Source: Scyliorhinus canicula
Taxonomy: Eukaryota
Direction of reading: 5' to 3'
Assembly: GCF_902713615.1 (NCBI RefSeq)
Contig: NC_052158.1
Coordinates: forward strand, 32,343,990-32,407,989
Length of the DNA stretch: 64,000 nucleotides
The translations under genes and the position numbers were made by a program. The notes below the pieces were generated by a model. It was not told the origin of the DNA. It saw only the letters and a program-made list of their open reading frames with translations, and did no database searches. Numbering within the stretch: the stretch's first letter is position 1; every line of letters begins with the position of its first letter. Below, piece after piece: positions 1-12,400 of the stretch.

Positions 1-270
1 ACCTCAGCTCCTCTAATACTGACCTCCAGTCCACCCCAATTTAAATCACTCCACTACTGGGATTGTGTCTTCAGCTTCCAGAACACTGAGCTCTGGAATT
101 CCCGCCCTAAAGCTCTCCGTCTCTCATCTCACTTTCCTCCCTGAAGACACTCTTTGAAACCAGCCTCGGACCAATCATTTCTTCAATGGCCTCACATCTC
201 CCTGCGAGGCTCAATGTCATATTTACGTTACAACGGTCCTGTGAAGTTCCTCGGGCATGTTTTATTACAT
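1..270 (+). mobile_element. L2-type LINE 3' end fragment
   Basis: ctctggaattcc...cctgtgaagttcctcgggcatgttttattac resembles the L2/MIR-type tail. Confidence 0.5.
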
Positions 271-2061
271 GACAGTCATTTAAGTTGTGCTTTTCACCAA
301 TGAAGATACATATTAGAAATAGAAGAAAACCAAGGGGCAAATAAGAATGAGGAAATTGACATAATTGATATCTGTGGAGAAAATGCATTGAGTTAAGGGA
401 TTTAAATCCAACGAAATCCCAGGACCTTATGGATGACATCCCAGGGTTCTAAAAGAGGTGGCTGCAGAAATAATTTTACTTTAAATTAGTTTATGGGATG
501 TTGGCATCTCTGGCTAAGCCAGCACTTATTTCCCGTCCCTAATTGCTTTCGAGAAGGTGGTGGTGACCTGCCCGACACAGCCCCTGTAGACACACAATGC
601 TGTTAAGGAGGGAGTTCTGTGATTTTGACAGTGAAGGAATGGCCAACTCTTTCCAAGTCAGTGTTGTGTGTGGCCTGAAGTGGAGCTTGCAGCTGGTGGT
701 GTTCCCAGGTATCAGCTTCTTTCAGATGGTAGTTGTTGTGGGTTTGGAAGGTGCTGCCGTAGGAGACTTGGTGAGTTCCTGCAGCGCATCTTGTAGATGG
801 TACACATGGCTGCTGCTGTGTGGTCGAAGGTGGAGGTAGTGAATGTTTGTGCAAGGGGGAGCAATCAAGTTGTCTACTTTGTCCTGGATGGTATCAAGTA
901 TCTTACACGCTGTTGTAGCTGCTTTCATCCAGGCAAGTGGAAGGTACACCACTACACTCCCAACTTGTGCCTTGTAGATGGTGAACAGGCTTTGGTAAGT
1001 CAGGCGGTGAGTTACCTGCTGGAGAATTCCTAGCCTCTGACTTGCTTTTGTAATACATTTATATGCCAGTCCAGTTCCGTTTCTGTTCAAAGGTAGCCTC
1101 CAAAATGTTGATAGTGAGGGATTCAGCGGCAATGCCACTGAATGTCAAAGGGTGATGATTAGATCCTCTCGTGTAGGAGATGGTCATTGCCTTGCCCTTG
1201 TGTGGCGTTAACGTTACCACTTTTCAGCCCAAGCCTGGATATTGTACAGGCCTTGCTCTATTTGGACATGGACCGCTTTAGGATCTGAAGAGTCACAAAT
1301 AGTACTAAAAATTATGCAATCATCAACATAATAACCACACTTCTGAACTTATAATGAAAGGAAGGTCATTGATGAAGCAGCTGAAGATGGTTGGGCCGAG
1401 GACACTACCCTGAAAAGCTCCTGCAGTGATGTCCCGGGACTCAGATTACTGACCACTAACCACTGCAATCATCTTCCTTTGTTCCAGGTATGACTCCAAC
1501 CAATGGAGGGTTTTCCCCCTGATTCCCAATTACTCCAGTTTTGTGAAGACTCCTTGCCTTGATGCCACTCTTGGTCAAATGCTGTTTTGATGTCAAGGTC
1601 AGTCACTCTCACGTCATCTCGAGAGTTCAGCTCTTTTGCCCATGTTTGAACAATGACTGCAATAAGGTCAGGATCTGAGTTACACTGGCGGAACCCAGAC
1701 CGAGTGTCAGTGAGCAGGTTATTGCAAAGTGCTGCTTGATAGCACTGGTGATTACTCCTTCCAACATTTTACTGATGGTCGAGAGTAGGCTGATTGGGCC
1801 GTAATTGGCCAGGTTGGATTTGTCCTGTTTCTTGTATAGATGACATACTTGGGCAATTTTCCACGTTGCCTGGTCGATGCCAGTGTTGCAGCTGTACTGG
1901 CACAGCTTGGCTTGGGGTGCTGCAAGTTCTGGAGCACAAGTCTTCAGTAGTATTGCCAGGATATTGTCAGGGCCCTTTACAGTATCCAGGTCCTTCAGTC
2001 ATTTCTTGATATCATGTGGAGTGAATCAAATTGCCTGAAAACTGGCAACTGTGATCGTGGA

Positions 2062-2370
2062 ATCATAGAAATTTGTGCAGAAGGAGGCCATTCGGCCCAT
2101 TGAGTCTGCACCGGCCCTTGGAAAGAGCACCCAACCCAAACCCACACCTCCACCCTACCGTTTTTGGACATTATCGGGTATTAGCACGGCCAATCCACCT
2201 AACCTGCACATCTTTGGACTGTGGGAGGAAACCGGAGCACCCGGAGGAAACCCACGCAGACACGGGGAGAATGTGCAGACTCTGCACAGAGTGACCCAAG
2301 CCGGGAATCTAGCCTGGGACTTTGGGGCTGTGAAGCAACTGTGCTAACCACTGTATTATCGTGCTGTCCC
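2062..2370 (-). mobile_element. HE1-type SINE
   Basis: tRNA-like head and GGGTTTCCTCCGGGTGCTCCGGTTTCCTCCCACAGTCCAAAGATG core. Confidence 0.9.
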
Positions 2371-2406
2371 ACCATATGATGGTGGGGACCTCTGGAGGAG
2401 ACCGAG

Positions 2407-2735
2407 ATAGAACATAGAACAGTACAGCACAGAACAGGCCCTTCGGCCCTCGATGTTGTGCTGAGCAATGATCACCCTACTTAAACCCACGTAACCCGTA
2501 TACCCGTAACCCAACAATCCCCCCATTAACCTTACACTACGGCCAATTTAGCATGGCCAATCCACCTAACCCGCACATCTTTGGACTGTGGGAGGAAACC
2601 GGAGCACCCGGAGGAAACCCACGCACACACGGGGAGGACGTGCAGACTCCACACAGTGACCAAGCCAGGAATCAAACCTGGGACCCTGGAGCTGTGAAGC
2701 ATTGATGCTAACCACCATGCTACCGTGAGGCCCCA
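2407..2735 (-). mobile_element. HE1-type SINE
   Basis: Same core with the GTTCTAT-repeat tail. Confidence 0.9.
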
Positions 2736-3671
2736 AATGGATCATCCACAGCATTTCTGACTAAAGATTGCTGCGAATTCTTCAGCCTTGTCTTTTGCAC
2801 TGATATTCTGGGCTCCTCCATCATTTTGGATGCAGATATTCATGAAGCCCACTCACTTAAGCGAATTATTTAATTGTAAACCACCATTCACAGCTGGATG
2901 TAGCAGGACTGCAGAGTTTAGATCTGATCTATGAATTGTAAAATCGCATACCTCTGTCACTTGATGCTTATGCTGTTTGGCGTGCAAGTGGATCTGTGCT
3001 GTAGCTTCCGCAGGTTTACATCTCATTGTTCGGTCTTCCTGCTGTGGCTCCTCGCATGCCCTCCTACTCTCTTCATTGCAGATTTGCCAGGCCATGAAGT
3101 TACAGATTGTGGTTAAGTGCATTTTTGGTGCTGCCGATGTCCTGCATGCATCAAGGATGCCCATGCTTGAGTTGCTAGATATTTTCAAAATCTATCCCTT
3201 TGAGCACAGTGGCAATGCTCCATGGGATAGGTATTTGGATGCAGTGGCTGCGATTTGGTTGTGATTTTCCAAAATTCACTAGATTCTGGGTCAAGTGAAT
3301 TAGAACAGGCAGCAGCCCCTTCCACTGCCCACTTTGAAACCCCCCCCCCCCCCCCCCCAATATTGATCTGATCCATGCCGATTGATTAAGATAAGCTGAG
3401 ACACAACTGCTTTCTTTGCGAGAGTTTATTGACTTAGTTCACAAGCAACATTACTCCAACCCCCACCAGTGTCCCAGCGATCCCCATTGATAGTTGTTCA
3501 AATAACCATCACCTATTTAATGATGTAATCATCATTAAACCGTAACACTGTGATTGTTATTAAATGCCAACATAGTGATTGTCATGACATGTTAACAACG
3601 TGATTGTCATTGGTTCTGTTGAGAGATTCTACCTGAGGTGGCAACTGGTTATCTCCGTTTTCAAAGATCTA

Positions 3672-5175
3672 AGGCGAAATTCTCCGGTCACCGTCGCGAT
3701 GCCCGGGAACCGGCGACAAAAACGGCGCTGACGACTCCGGCGTCGGGCCCCGTGAAACATCGCATATTCTCCGGGCCCGAATGGGCCAGCAGCGGCGTTA
3801 CGCCATTCACGGCGGCGTCACCCACTGCGGAAGTCGTGCATCAGTTGACGTCGGGCGACGTAATCAACTCCTCCCGGTGTGACTACACAAAAGAGGCCCC
3901 CCCCAACCCACCGGCACCCGCACTCTGTGATCTCCCGCCCCCCACCCCCCCCAACCCATCGGCACCCGCACTCTGTGATCTCTCTCCCCCACCCCCCAAC
4001 CCATCGGCACCCGCACTCTGTGATCTCTCTCCCCCACCCCCCAACCCATCGGCACCCGCACTCTGTGATCTCTCCCCCCCACCCCCCCCACAACCCACCG
4101 GCACCCGCACTCTGTGATCTCTCCCCCCCCCCCCCCAACCCACCGGCACCCGCACTCTGTGATCTCTCCCCCCCCCCCCGGCCAACCCACCGGCACCCGC
4201 ACTCTGTGATCTCTCTCTCCCCCCCCCCCCCCCCCCCCCCCCCCGCAACCCACCGGCACCAGCACTCGATGATCTCTCCCCCCCCCCCAACCCACCGGCA
4301 CCCGCACTCTGTGATCTCTCTCCCCCTCTCCGCAACCCACCGGCACCCGCACTCTGTGATCTCTCTCCCCCTCTCCGCAACCCACCGGCACCCACACTCT
4401 GTGATCTCCCCCCCCCACCCCCCGGCACCCACACTCTGTGATCTCTCCCCCCCTCCCCCCCAGCACTGCACTCTGTGATCTCTCTCCCCCCCCCCCCCCC
4501 CCCAACCCACCGGCACTCTGTGATCTCCCTCTCCCCCCAACTCACCGGCACCCGCACTCTGTGATCTCTCCCTCCCCCCATCCCCTCCCCCCCCAACCCA
4601 CCGGCACCCGCACTCTGTGATCTCTCCCCCCATCCCCCCCCCCCCCCTCCCCCAACCCACCGGCACCCGCACTCTGTGATCTCTCCCCCCATCCCCTCCC
4701 CCCCAACCCACCGGCACCCGCACTCTGTGATCTCTCCCCCCACCCCCCCCCCTCCCCCAACCCACCGGCACCCGCACTCTGTGATCTCTCTCTCCCCCCA
4801 CCCCCCAACCCACCGGCACCCGCACTCTGTGATCTCTCTCTCCCTCTCCCCCCCCCCCTCCCCAACCCACTGACACCCGCACTCGGTGAATTCTCTCTCC
4901 CCCCCCCCCCCCCCCCCCATTAGCACTGGTTGACGCCGTTAATTACCTGTTGTGATAAAGTTTTGATGGACTTTGGCCCATCCGGGCCGAAGAATAATGA
5001 CAGCACAGAAACCCGTAGCCTCCCTCCGGCCTCCCCCATTCTCCGAGGCGGGTGGCGGGATTGGCGGGACTCCGACTTTTTGCAGGTGGGAGAATTCTGC
5101 CCATGGCGGGGGCGCGATTTCTGGTGGCCCCGGGCGATTCTCTGATCCTGCTGGGGGTCGGATAATTTCACCCCT
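3672..5175. mobile_element. GC-rich TIR element (PIF/Harbinger-like MITE) hosting the 40-bp minisatellite
   Basis: Ends GGCGAAATTCTCC and GGATAATTTCACCCC are imperfect inverted repeats, the same family as other GC-rich elements in this window. Confidence 0.6.
3895..4925. repeat. ~40-bp C-run minisatellite (ctctgtgatctctc(C)naacccaccggcacccgca) inside a GC-rich MITE
   Basis: About 25 tandem copies with variable C-tracts. Confidence 0.95.
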
Positions 5176-5191
5176 AGACACCATCATATTT

Positions 5192-5548
5192 GGGGCGGCA
5201 CGGTAGCCTTGTGGATAGCACAATGGCTTCACAGCTCCACGGTCCCAGGTTCGATTCCGGCTTGGGTCACTGTCTGTGCGGAGTCTGCACATCCTCCCCG
5301 TGTGTGCGTGGGTTTCCTCCGGGTGCTCCGGTTTCCTCCCACAGTCCAAAGATGTGCAGGTTAGGTGGATTGGCCACAATAAATTGCCCTTAGTGTCCAA
5401 AATTGCCCTTAGTGTTGGGTGGGGTTACTGGGTTATGGGGATAGGGTGGAGGTGTTGAACTTGGGTAGGGTGCTCTTTCCAAGAGCCGGTGCAGTCTCGA
5501 TGGGCCAAATGGCCTCCTTCTGCATTGTAAATTCTATGATCTATGATG
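5192..5548 (+). mobile_element. HE1-type SINE
   Basis: Head, core and tail intact. Confidence 0.9.
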
Positions 5549-5761
5549 ATCAGCTGTAAGGAATTTGGGGTGTGGAGTAATTTGCATTATTGGAAAGCAT
5601 TTCTTTTGTTCTTATATTTTCATTAACTCTTGTTCTGTCCTGTATATGTTTTGTACTGAAAATACTGTTTGTTGTGTAAAAACCTCACAACAACATATTT
5701 TTAAAAATGCAGAACAATTGTGATTAAAGTTTAACCATGTAATTATGATTAACCAATGTGC

Positions 5762-5875
5762 CTTTCATTAAACATTAACCATGTAATTGTCATTAAACAT
5801 TAACCATGTAATTGTCATTAAACATTAACCATGTAATTGTCATTAAACATTAACCATGTAATTGTCATTAAACAT
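5762..5875. repeat. 25-bp tandem repeat cattaaacattaaccatgtaattgt
   Basis: About 4.5 near-perfect copies. Confidence 0.9.
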
Positions 5876-6329
5876 TATCAATATGATTAACAAGACATTG
5901 ACACCAGGGACGGTCCTGAGGATCAGAACCCTCACTCCGCATGCCGATTCCACCTCTCAGTTAATGCAGTGAGTGAATTGGCCGTCAATAATTATGATTC
6001 CTGGGGTCTGTGCAGATTAAACAGAGCAGATCAGCTCAGGTTAAAAATACAGCAAGACAGAGAAATCACAGATATTTACAATTCTATTTACACAATCACA
6101 CATGTGGATCCGCTGCCATCAATACATTAGTCACTCGCTGTCTCCTCGAGGAAATAAAAGTCTCCCTGATTGCCTCATCCACTCCACCCACTGATGGCCC
6201 ACGATCACCAGGAAGCTACTGGGGAAGAGAAAGAAATACGTAGTTATAGGAAGAGGGAAACCCAGCAGACACAGAACACCCCCAGCAAAACCCATCAGAC
6301 CCACCAGATGCCTGACATCTAAAACTGCA

Positions 6330-8040
6330 GAAACTGAAGAGAACAGAAAATGTAGGGGGTGAAGTTTAAAGAGTAATTTGGAAAAAATATACTACTTGAA
6401 GTAAAACAAAAACAAGGAACATCTCAAGACGTTTGTATATAAAGAGGGTAACAAAGGGCCTATTGGAGACATAAATGTTAACCTGTGTGCGAATGCACAG
6501 GATGTGGTCAGGTTCTCAATGAGATTTTCTGATATCACTCGCAATGGGTCCGGCCAGGGACAAGATCAGAGAATCCTGTCCGTGTCTTTCAAAGTAGAAG
6601 TTAGAAGAAGCAAGGGAGGAACTTGCAGAGGCTTTGACCATCATTACAATCCCTCCCTGGCAACAGGAATGGTGGAAGATTGAGGGACTGAGGAATGATT
6701 GACCAGCTAATATAACATCAGTGATGGGAAAATTATTGGAATCCATTTTGAGGAACAGTAGACAACTTTCATTCAGAAAGGCACAGATTAATCCAGGAAA
6801 GTAGCATGGATTTGTTAGGGGAAGCTCATCCCAGACTAAACACTGAATTTCTTTGGAGCTGAGAAGGAGGGTTGATGAGGGCAGTGTGGTGGCCATTGTC
6901 AACATGGATTTTAACAACTCTTTAGACAAGATTCCACATGGCAGGCTGGCCAGAAAGGATTGACAAATAGGATCGTAAATTGGTCAGTAGCAGGCAGCAA
7001 GGGGTTAAGGGGGATTTTCTGACTGGGAGACTGTATCCAGTGGGGGTTCCGCAGAGTACAGCACTCAGTCACTTACTCTTCGTGGTTTATAGAAATTATT
7101 TTGATTCCAATGTAGGGGTAATGATAAAAGAAGTTTGAAGATGTACAAACACTGTCCATGTGGTTGACAGTGATGGGAAAAGGTTCAGACTGCAGGAAGA
7201 TAGAGATGGTCAGGTCAGTTGGGGCGGGGGGGGGGGGGGGGGGGGGGAGGAAGAGTAGGAAATGCAATTCAATGCAGAGAAGTGTGAGGTCATGGATTTC
7301 AGAAGGTGCAATAAAGGAAATCCCCAATAAATGGGAGGATTGTGAGTAACTTGGAGGGACAGTGGGCCCTTGGAGTGTATGTTGACAAATTGGGAAAGGT
7401 GCCAGGGCCACAATGTGGTTAAGCAAGTGTATAAACATGCTTTCCATTATTATCTGAGGATTACAGCAGTGGTTTTGCTGGAACTGTAAACAACACCAGA
7501 TAATCCACAGCTGAAGCACTGCAAAAAGTCTGTCAGCACGTTACAGAAAAGATGTGATTGTACTGGAGAGAATGCAGAGGAGATTGTTTAATGTGGACAT
7601 GACTGGAGAATGTTCACTGGGAGGAAAGACTGGAGAGGCTGGAATAGGATTCTTTAGAATAGGGGAGGCAAGAAGGGAGTTTTAATTGAGATGTATATAT
7701 TCTGAGAAGCCATGGTAAATAAGGACAACCTATTTACCTTAATAGAGGGATACAAAAAAACCTGGGACACACATTTAAAGTAACTGATAGAAGCAATAGA
7801 GGAGTGATTAGGAAACTGTTTTTTCACTCAGGGTGTGGTGGCGACCTGGAACTCTGCCTGAAGGATGGGAGAGGCAGAAACTCCCACCACATTTAACAAA
7901 TTCTTCGATGTCGACTTGAGGAACTGTGATCTGCAGGGCTGCAGACCGAGAACATGAAGATGAGATTGGGCTGGGGGGCTCTTCATTAATCTGCAGGGTC
8001 ATGATGGGCTGAATGGCCTCATCCTGTGTTATACATTTCT
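6330..8040 (+). mobile_element. Highly decayed CR1 RT remnant
   Basis: Recognisable degenerate RT segments (HGFVRG..., QFNAEKCEVMDF, ...WNSLP). Confidence 0.7.
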
Positions 8041-8064
8041 AACATTCAATTTCCTATCATCAAA

Positions 8065-8960
8065 TCAGCTACCACACCCATCAGTCCCCCCAAAACACCA
8101 GCAAATCCCATCAGACCCCAAACACCAGCAAGACCCATCAGTCCCCCAAACACTAGCAAACCCCATCAGACCCCCAAACACCAGCAAAACCCATCAGTCC
8201 CCCCCAAACACCAGCAAAACCCATCAGTCCCCCCAAACACTAGCAAACCCCATCAGACCCCCAAACACCAGCAAAACCCATCAGACCCCTAAACTCCAGC
8301 AAAACCCATCAGACCCCCAAACACCAGCAAAACCCATCAGACCCCCAAACCAGCAAAACCCAGCAGACCCCCAAACACCAGCAAACCCCATCAGACCCCC
8401 AAACAACAGCAAACCCCATCAGACCCACCTAAACACCAGCAAAACCCATCAGACCCCCAAACACCAGCAAAACCCATCAGACCCCCAAACACCAGCAAAA
8501 CCCAGCAGACCCCCAAACACCAGCAAAACCCATCAGACCCACCCAAACGCCAGCAAACCCCATCAGACCCCCAAACAGCAGCAAAACCCATCAGTCCCCC
8601 CCAAACACCAGCAAAACCCATCAGACCCCCAAACCAGCAAAACCCAGCAGACCCTCAAACACCAGCAAAACCCAACAGACCCCAAAACACCAGCAAAACC
8701 CATCAGACCCCCAAACCAGCAAAACCCAGCAGACCCTCAAACACCAGCAAAACCCAACAGACCCACCCAAACGCCAGCAAACCCCATCAGACCCCCAAAC
8801 AGCAGCAAAACCCATCAGTCCCCCCCCAAACACCAGCAAAACCCATCAGACCCCCAAACCAGCAAAACCCAGCAGACCCTCAAACACCAGCAAAACCCAA
8901 CAGACCCCAAAACACCAGCAAATCCCAGCAGACCCCCAAACACCAGCAAAACCCATTAGA
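8065..8960. repeat. ~28-bp minisatellite (cccatcagacccccaaacaccagcaaaa)
   Basis: About 30 tandem copies; degenerate copies of the same unit also occur at 6260-6310. Confidence 0.95.
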
Positions 8961-9382
8961 CCAGCAAAATACATGAAAACATCCTTACACCACAACATCC
9001 AGCAAAGATCAGACCCATGACAACACATGACAAATGCTAAATCCTGGGGGAGTGGCACCCCAGTGAGCACCATCGAGGAAAACTCTGGGAATTCCAACTT
9101 CCTTAAGGAATTCAAGCAGCTTAGAGAAGGCTGTCCAGGGTGAGATGATTCTGGATGTCTCAACCCACAATCTCTCCATCCTCAGACCGTAGAGGACCAA
9201 CCATTTCCAGAAGACCAGTCACAATGATCAGTGCTGAATTGGATGAGTTTCACTTTAGTGACTATACACGGAGAGACAGACATGGAGCTCACACTCCACT
9301 CACCAGATTATACAGTTAACACCAGCGGGAATATCCCCGTTAGAATGATCCACTCACAATTTTGATCAACATTGCTCATACC

Positions 9383-9429
9383 TCAGTTATTTGTGGAGGA
9401 CATGGATGAAGAATCCCCATTACCAGAAG
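9383..9429 (-). CDS. MHC class I exon 7, Ser-rich tail TSGNGDSSSMSSTNN-stop
   Basis: Acceptor ctccttcctttaacag|, in-frame Ser-rich peptide, TGA at 9385-9383, then G|GTATGAG donor one base after the stop. Confidence 0.82.
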
Positions 9430-12400
9430 CTGTTAAAGGAAGGAGAGGCATTAAAAAAACTGTTCATTATTAGAGGCAGTGATAGTGCATGAGATAGAAG
9501 AGCAGAGATAAAGACAGAGAGAGAGAGACAGAGAATGAGAGAGACAAAGAGAGACAGAGACAGAACAGGGCAATCGAAAAAGGTTCTCACCCACACATAT
9601 TCTGATGGGGACACACACAGCAATTATCAGAGAATATCAGACACAGAATGAAGAATTATTTATACAGTTACACACAGATCCAGAGGGTATTTGATGATCA
9701 GCTTACTGTTTGTAGGATTGTAGCCTCTCTTCCCTCTCCCTGCAAAACAAGGAATGTTCAGTGAGTGATGAAACTGACAGAAAATCAGGGAGAGTCTGAA
9801 ACTTCGAGTGAAACGGACAGATGGACCATTCCTCACACTTAGTCCCCAGCCCGGAAAAGGGACCAACACCCCCACCTGGTCACAGTACCCACGCTCCTGC
9901 CTGAACATGGGACCCACACTGATCCCTAAACTTCTTTTCGAATCCGAGACCCTTTCCCACATTTCTGACTCTCTCTGTTTACCCTGATCCCTTTTCTCTC
10001 CCTATCCCAGCCCTGGGGCTCTTTCACCCACTGTGTGCTCCCCCCCACACCAAACTGAGACCCACAGACTGAGCCACCCTCACACTGGAATATTCCCTCA
10101 GGATCCCTCCAACACCCAGTGTGGAGCTGCTGTTTTCCCTCCAATTCCTACCTTTCTTGTTGTAGATTAAGACAGCTACAATGATGAGAGTGATGAGCAG
10201 CACCAGGATCCCGAGCACAATCCCGACGGTAACAGGAACCTGGGAGTGAGACTTCGGCCCTGTTAGAGAGAAAATCAGAGAGATGGTGAATCAGAGAGAG
10301 AAAATGTGAGCATCTGAATTTTAAAGACCTCGATTTGACCAACATCAGCCCTCTGTTTTGCTGAGAACCGAGATCCAGCCTGTCAACCTTTCCCTGATAC
10401 GTATACCCACTCATTTCTGGTAGCATCTCTGGAATTCATCTATACAGCCTCTCCTTGGCAGCACGGTAGCACGGGAATGGGACAACTCATCGCCGCCGAC
10501 TCATTGCCAGCCCAACTCATCGCCAGCCCAACTCATCGCCAGCCCAACTCATCGCCAGCCCAACTCATCGCCAGTCCAACTAAAAATTGAAATTCATGGT
10601 GTGCGCAATAAAAATTAATGGAGGTGAAAAGACTTATTTTTTGTTATGATAAATACTGCGTAAAAATTCAATAGGAATCCTTTCATTAAAATTTTGGACT
10701 ATCCTAAGAATGCGGTTATCAGTATCTAGGTATCTTTTTAATTTTGCTGGTGGTGCACTGCCAGCTATAAGCAATTCCAAATAACAGTCTCGTCCTTTTG
10801 GAACTTTTCTGAGTGCATTAATGAATTTCCATATTGTAGGATGTTCCATCCCTAATTCCATTTGTAGTCTTCTGTTTGCTGCTTCTGCACGGTTGTTGGT
10901 TCTGTCTTCATGATTTAAAGTTCGAACATACAAATTCCACATTTCCATTGGGAAGAGTGGGGCACGTCTGCTATTTCCGCGTCTGTTTAACCAACCTATA
11001 TAGTTGTTTTCGAGCCAATTCAGGATTGGCAAATACTCTGTAGATAATTCGTCAACTAAGGCATCATATAGGAATCTATATGTTCGACAGGGACAAATGC
11101 AAGAGCCAGTATCATCTTGACTTGTAACGAAAACTTGCTGTCGTTATTATAACGAGAAGTTAGACCCGAAGCCGCAATGTGCTTCTGCATATTTTGACTA
11201 AGGTGAAAGAAGCACCCTTTTAATTCTACGTTTGGAAATATTTCTTTGATTGCACTAAATGCCGCGAGTTCAAAATCACATACAATTGATTTTGGGTTTA
11301 CGGTGGGCTCAATTTCTTTTATCATTTCAAATAACCTTGAATATGTAACTTTTTGCTTGTTAGGTAAAAGAGCATAAAGTACTGGGATGACACCTCCGAA
11401 TTTTTGAGCCAGTACAATATAAACCTGAGAAAATAACTTCGGAGCTATCTTAAAGGTTCCATCTACATACCAAACTTCTGATGAAGCCTGTTGCAACCAA
11501 CTTCTCCTTCCAAACAGCAAGATTCTGTCTTCTCCGGGACCACTGTCTTTTAGTAAAAAAACTTCCTTCTGGTTTGGCTCCGTTTCGTAGGTCGCATATT
11601 CATCAGGGATTGCTAACTGATGAAGATCAATTGGGTCTGGCGGAGGGATGCTAATTTGATTCCGTTTCCAGTCTAATTGTTTTCTTCAGAGCAGACGCAC
11701 ACGGTAGTGATCCTTGTTCCGCTTGGGAAACATTCGCCAAAACTTCATTAATCAATACACTTGGGTTTTCCATTGACTCCTCGGCTCAGGTTTTAATTTT
11801 TGTAGTCGTCCTTGCCACTTCTATTCGTATTGGTGAAGAGTCATGGGTGTGAGTATTTATGAATTTCACTACGTTTCCAAATAGAACATAGAACAGTACA
11901 GCACAGAACAGGCCCTTCGGCCCTCGATGTTGTGCCGAGCAATGATCACCCCACTCAAACCCACGTATCCACCCTATACCCATAACCCAACAACCCCCCC
12001 CCTTAACCTTATTTTTAGGACACTATGGGCAATTTAGCATGGCCAATCCACCTAACCCGCACATCTTTGGACTGTGGGAGGAAACCGGAGCACCCGGAAG
12101 AAACCCACGCACACACGGGGAGGACGTGCAGACTCCGCACAGACAGTGACCCAGCCGGGAACTGAACCTGGGACCCTGGAGCTGTGAAGCATTTATGCTA
12201 ACCACCATGCTACCGTGCTGCCCAAATCTTGTGTGAATTCTTGCTTTGCATCTGCTGAGCTGTTCACATCGCCAAAACATCAAATCGCCTTCGGTTTTAC
12301 TGAATTTATCAAAAATGAACAAATATCCATTATGAGAAAACTTCTCTTTGCCTCGCTGACTTAAAATTTGCTCCATTGTAAAGGGTTTAAAATTGGAAGA

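Larger units (their letters stand above)
480..3330 (-). mobile_element. Decayed CR1-group LINE (RT C-terminal half) with two HE1 SINE insertions
   Basis: KASQRLGIL...TIYKAQV...PLAW RT C-terminal motif (722-1138) and NYRPIS-like motif near 1790; multiple stops. Confidence 0.75.
3405..6218 (-). other. Putative non-coding last exon (3' UTR) of the class I gene
   Basis: Strong acceptor tttctttctcttccccag| ending at 6219, and minus-strand AATAAA at 3430-3425. The link to the exon 7 donor is inferred, and the interval contains MITE, SINE and minisatellite insertions. Confidence 0.45.

Noticed and set aside
3638-4926. Gly-rich and Pro-rich ORFs up to 354 aa
   Set aside because: Frame shadows of the C-run minisatellite on both strands; homopolymer lengths are also error-prone.
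5190-5548. tRNA genes or small ORFs such as GQHGSMVVSINASQLQGPRF recurring through the window
   Set aside because: These are the tRNA-derived heads and cores of HE1-type SINEs.
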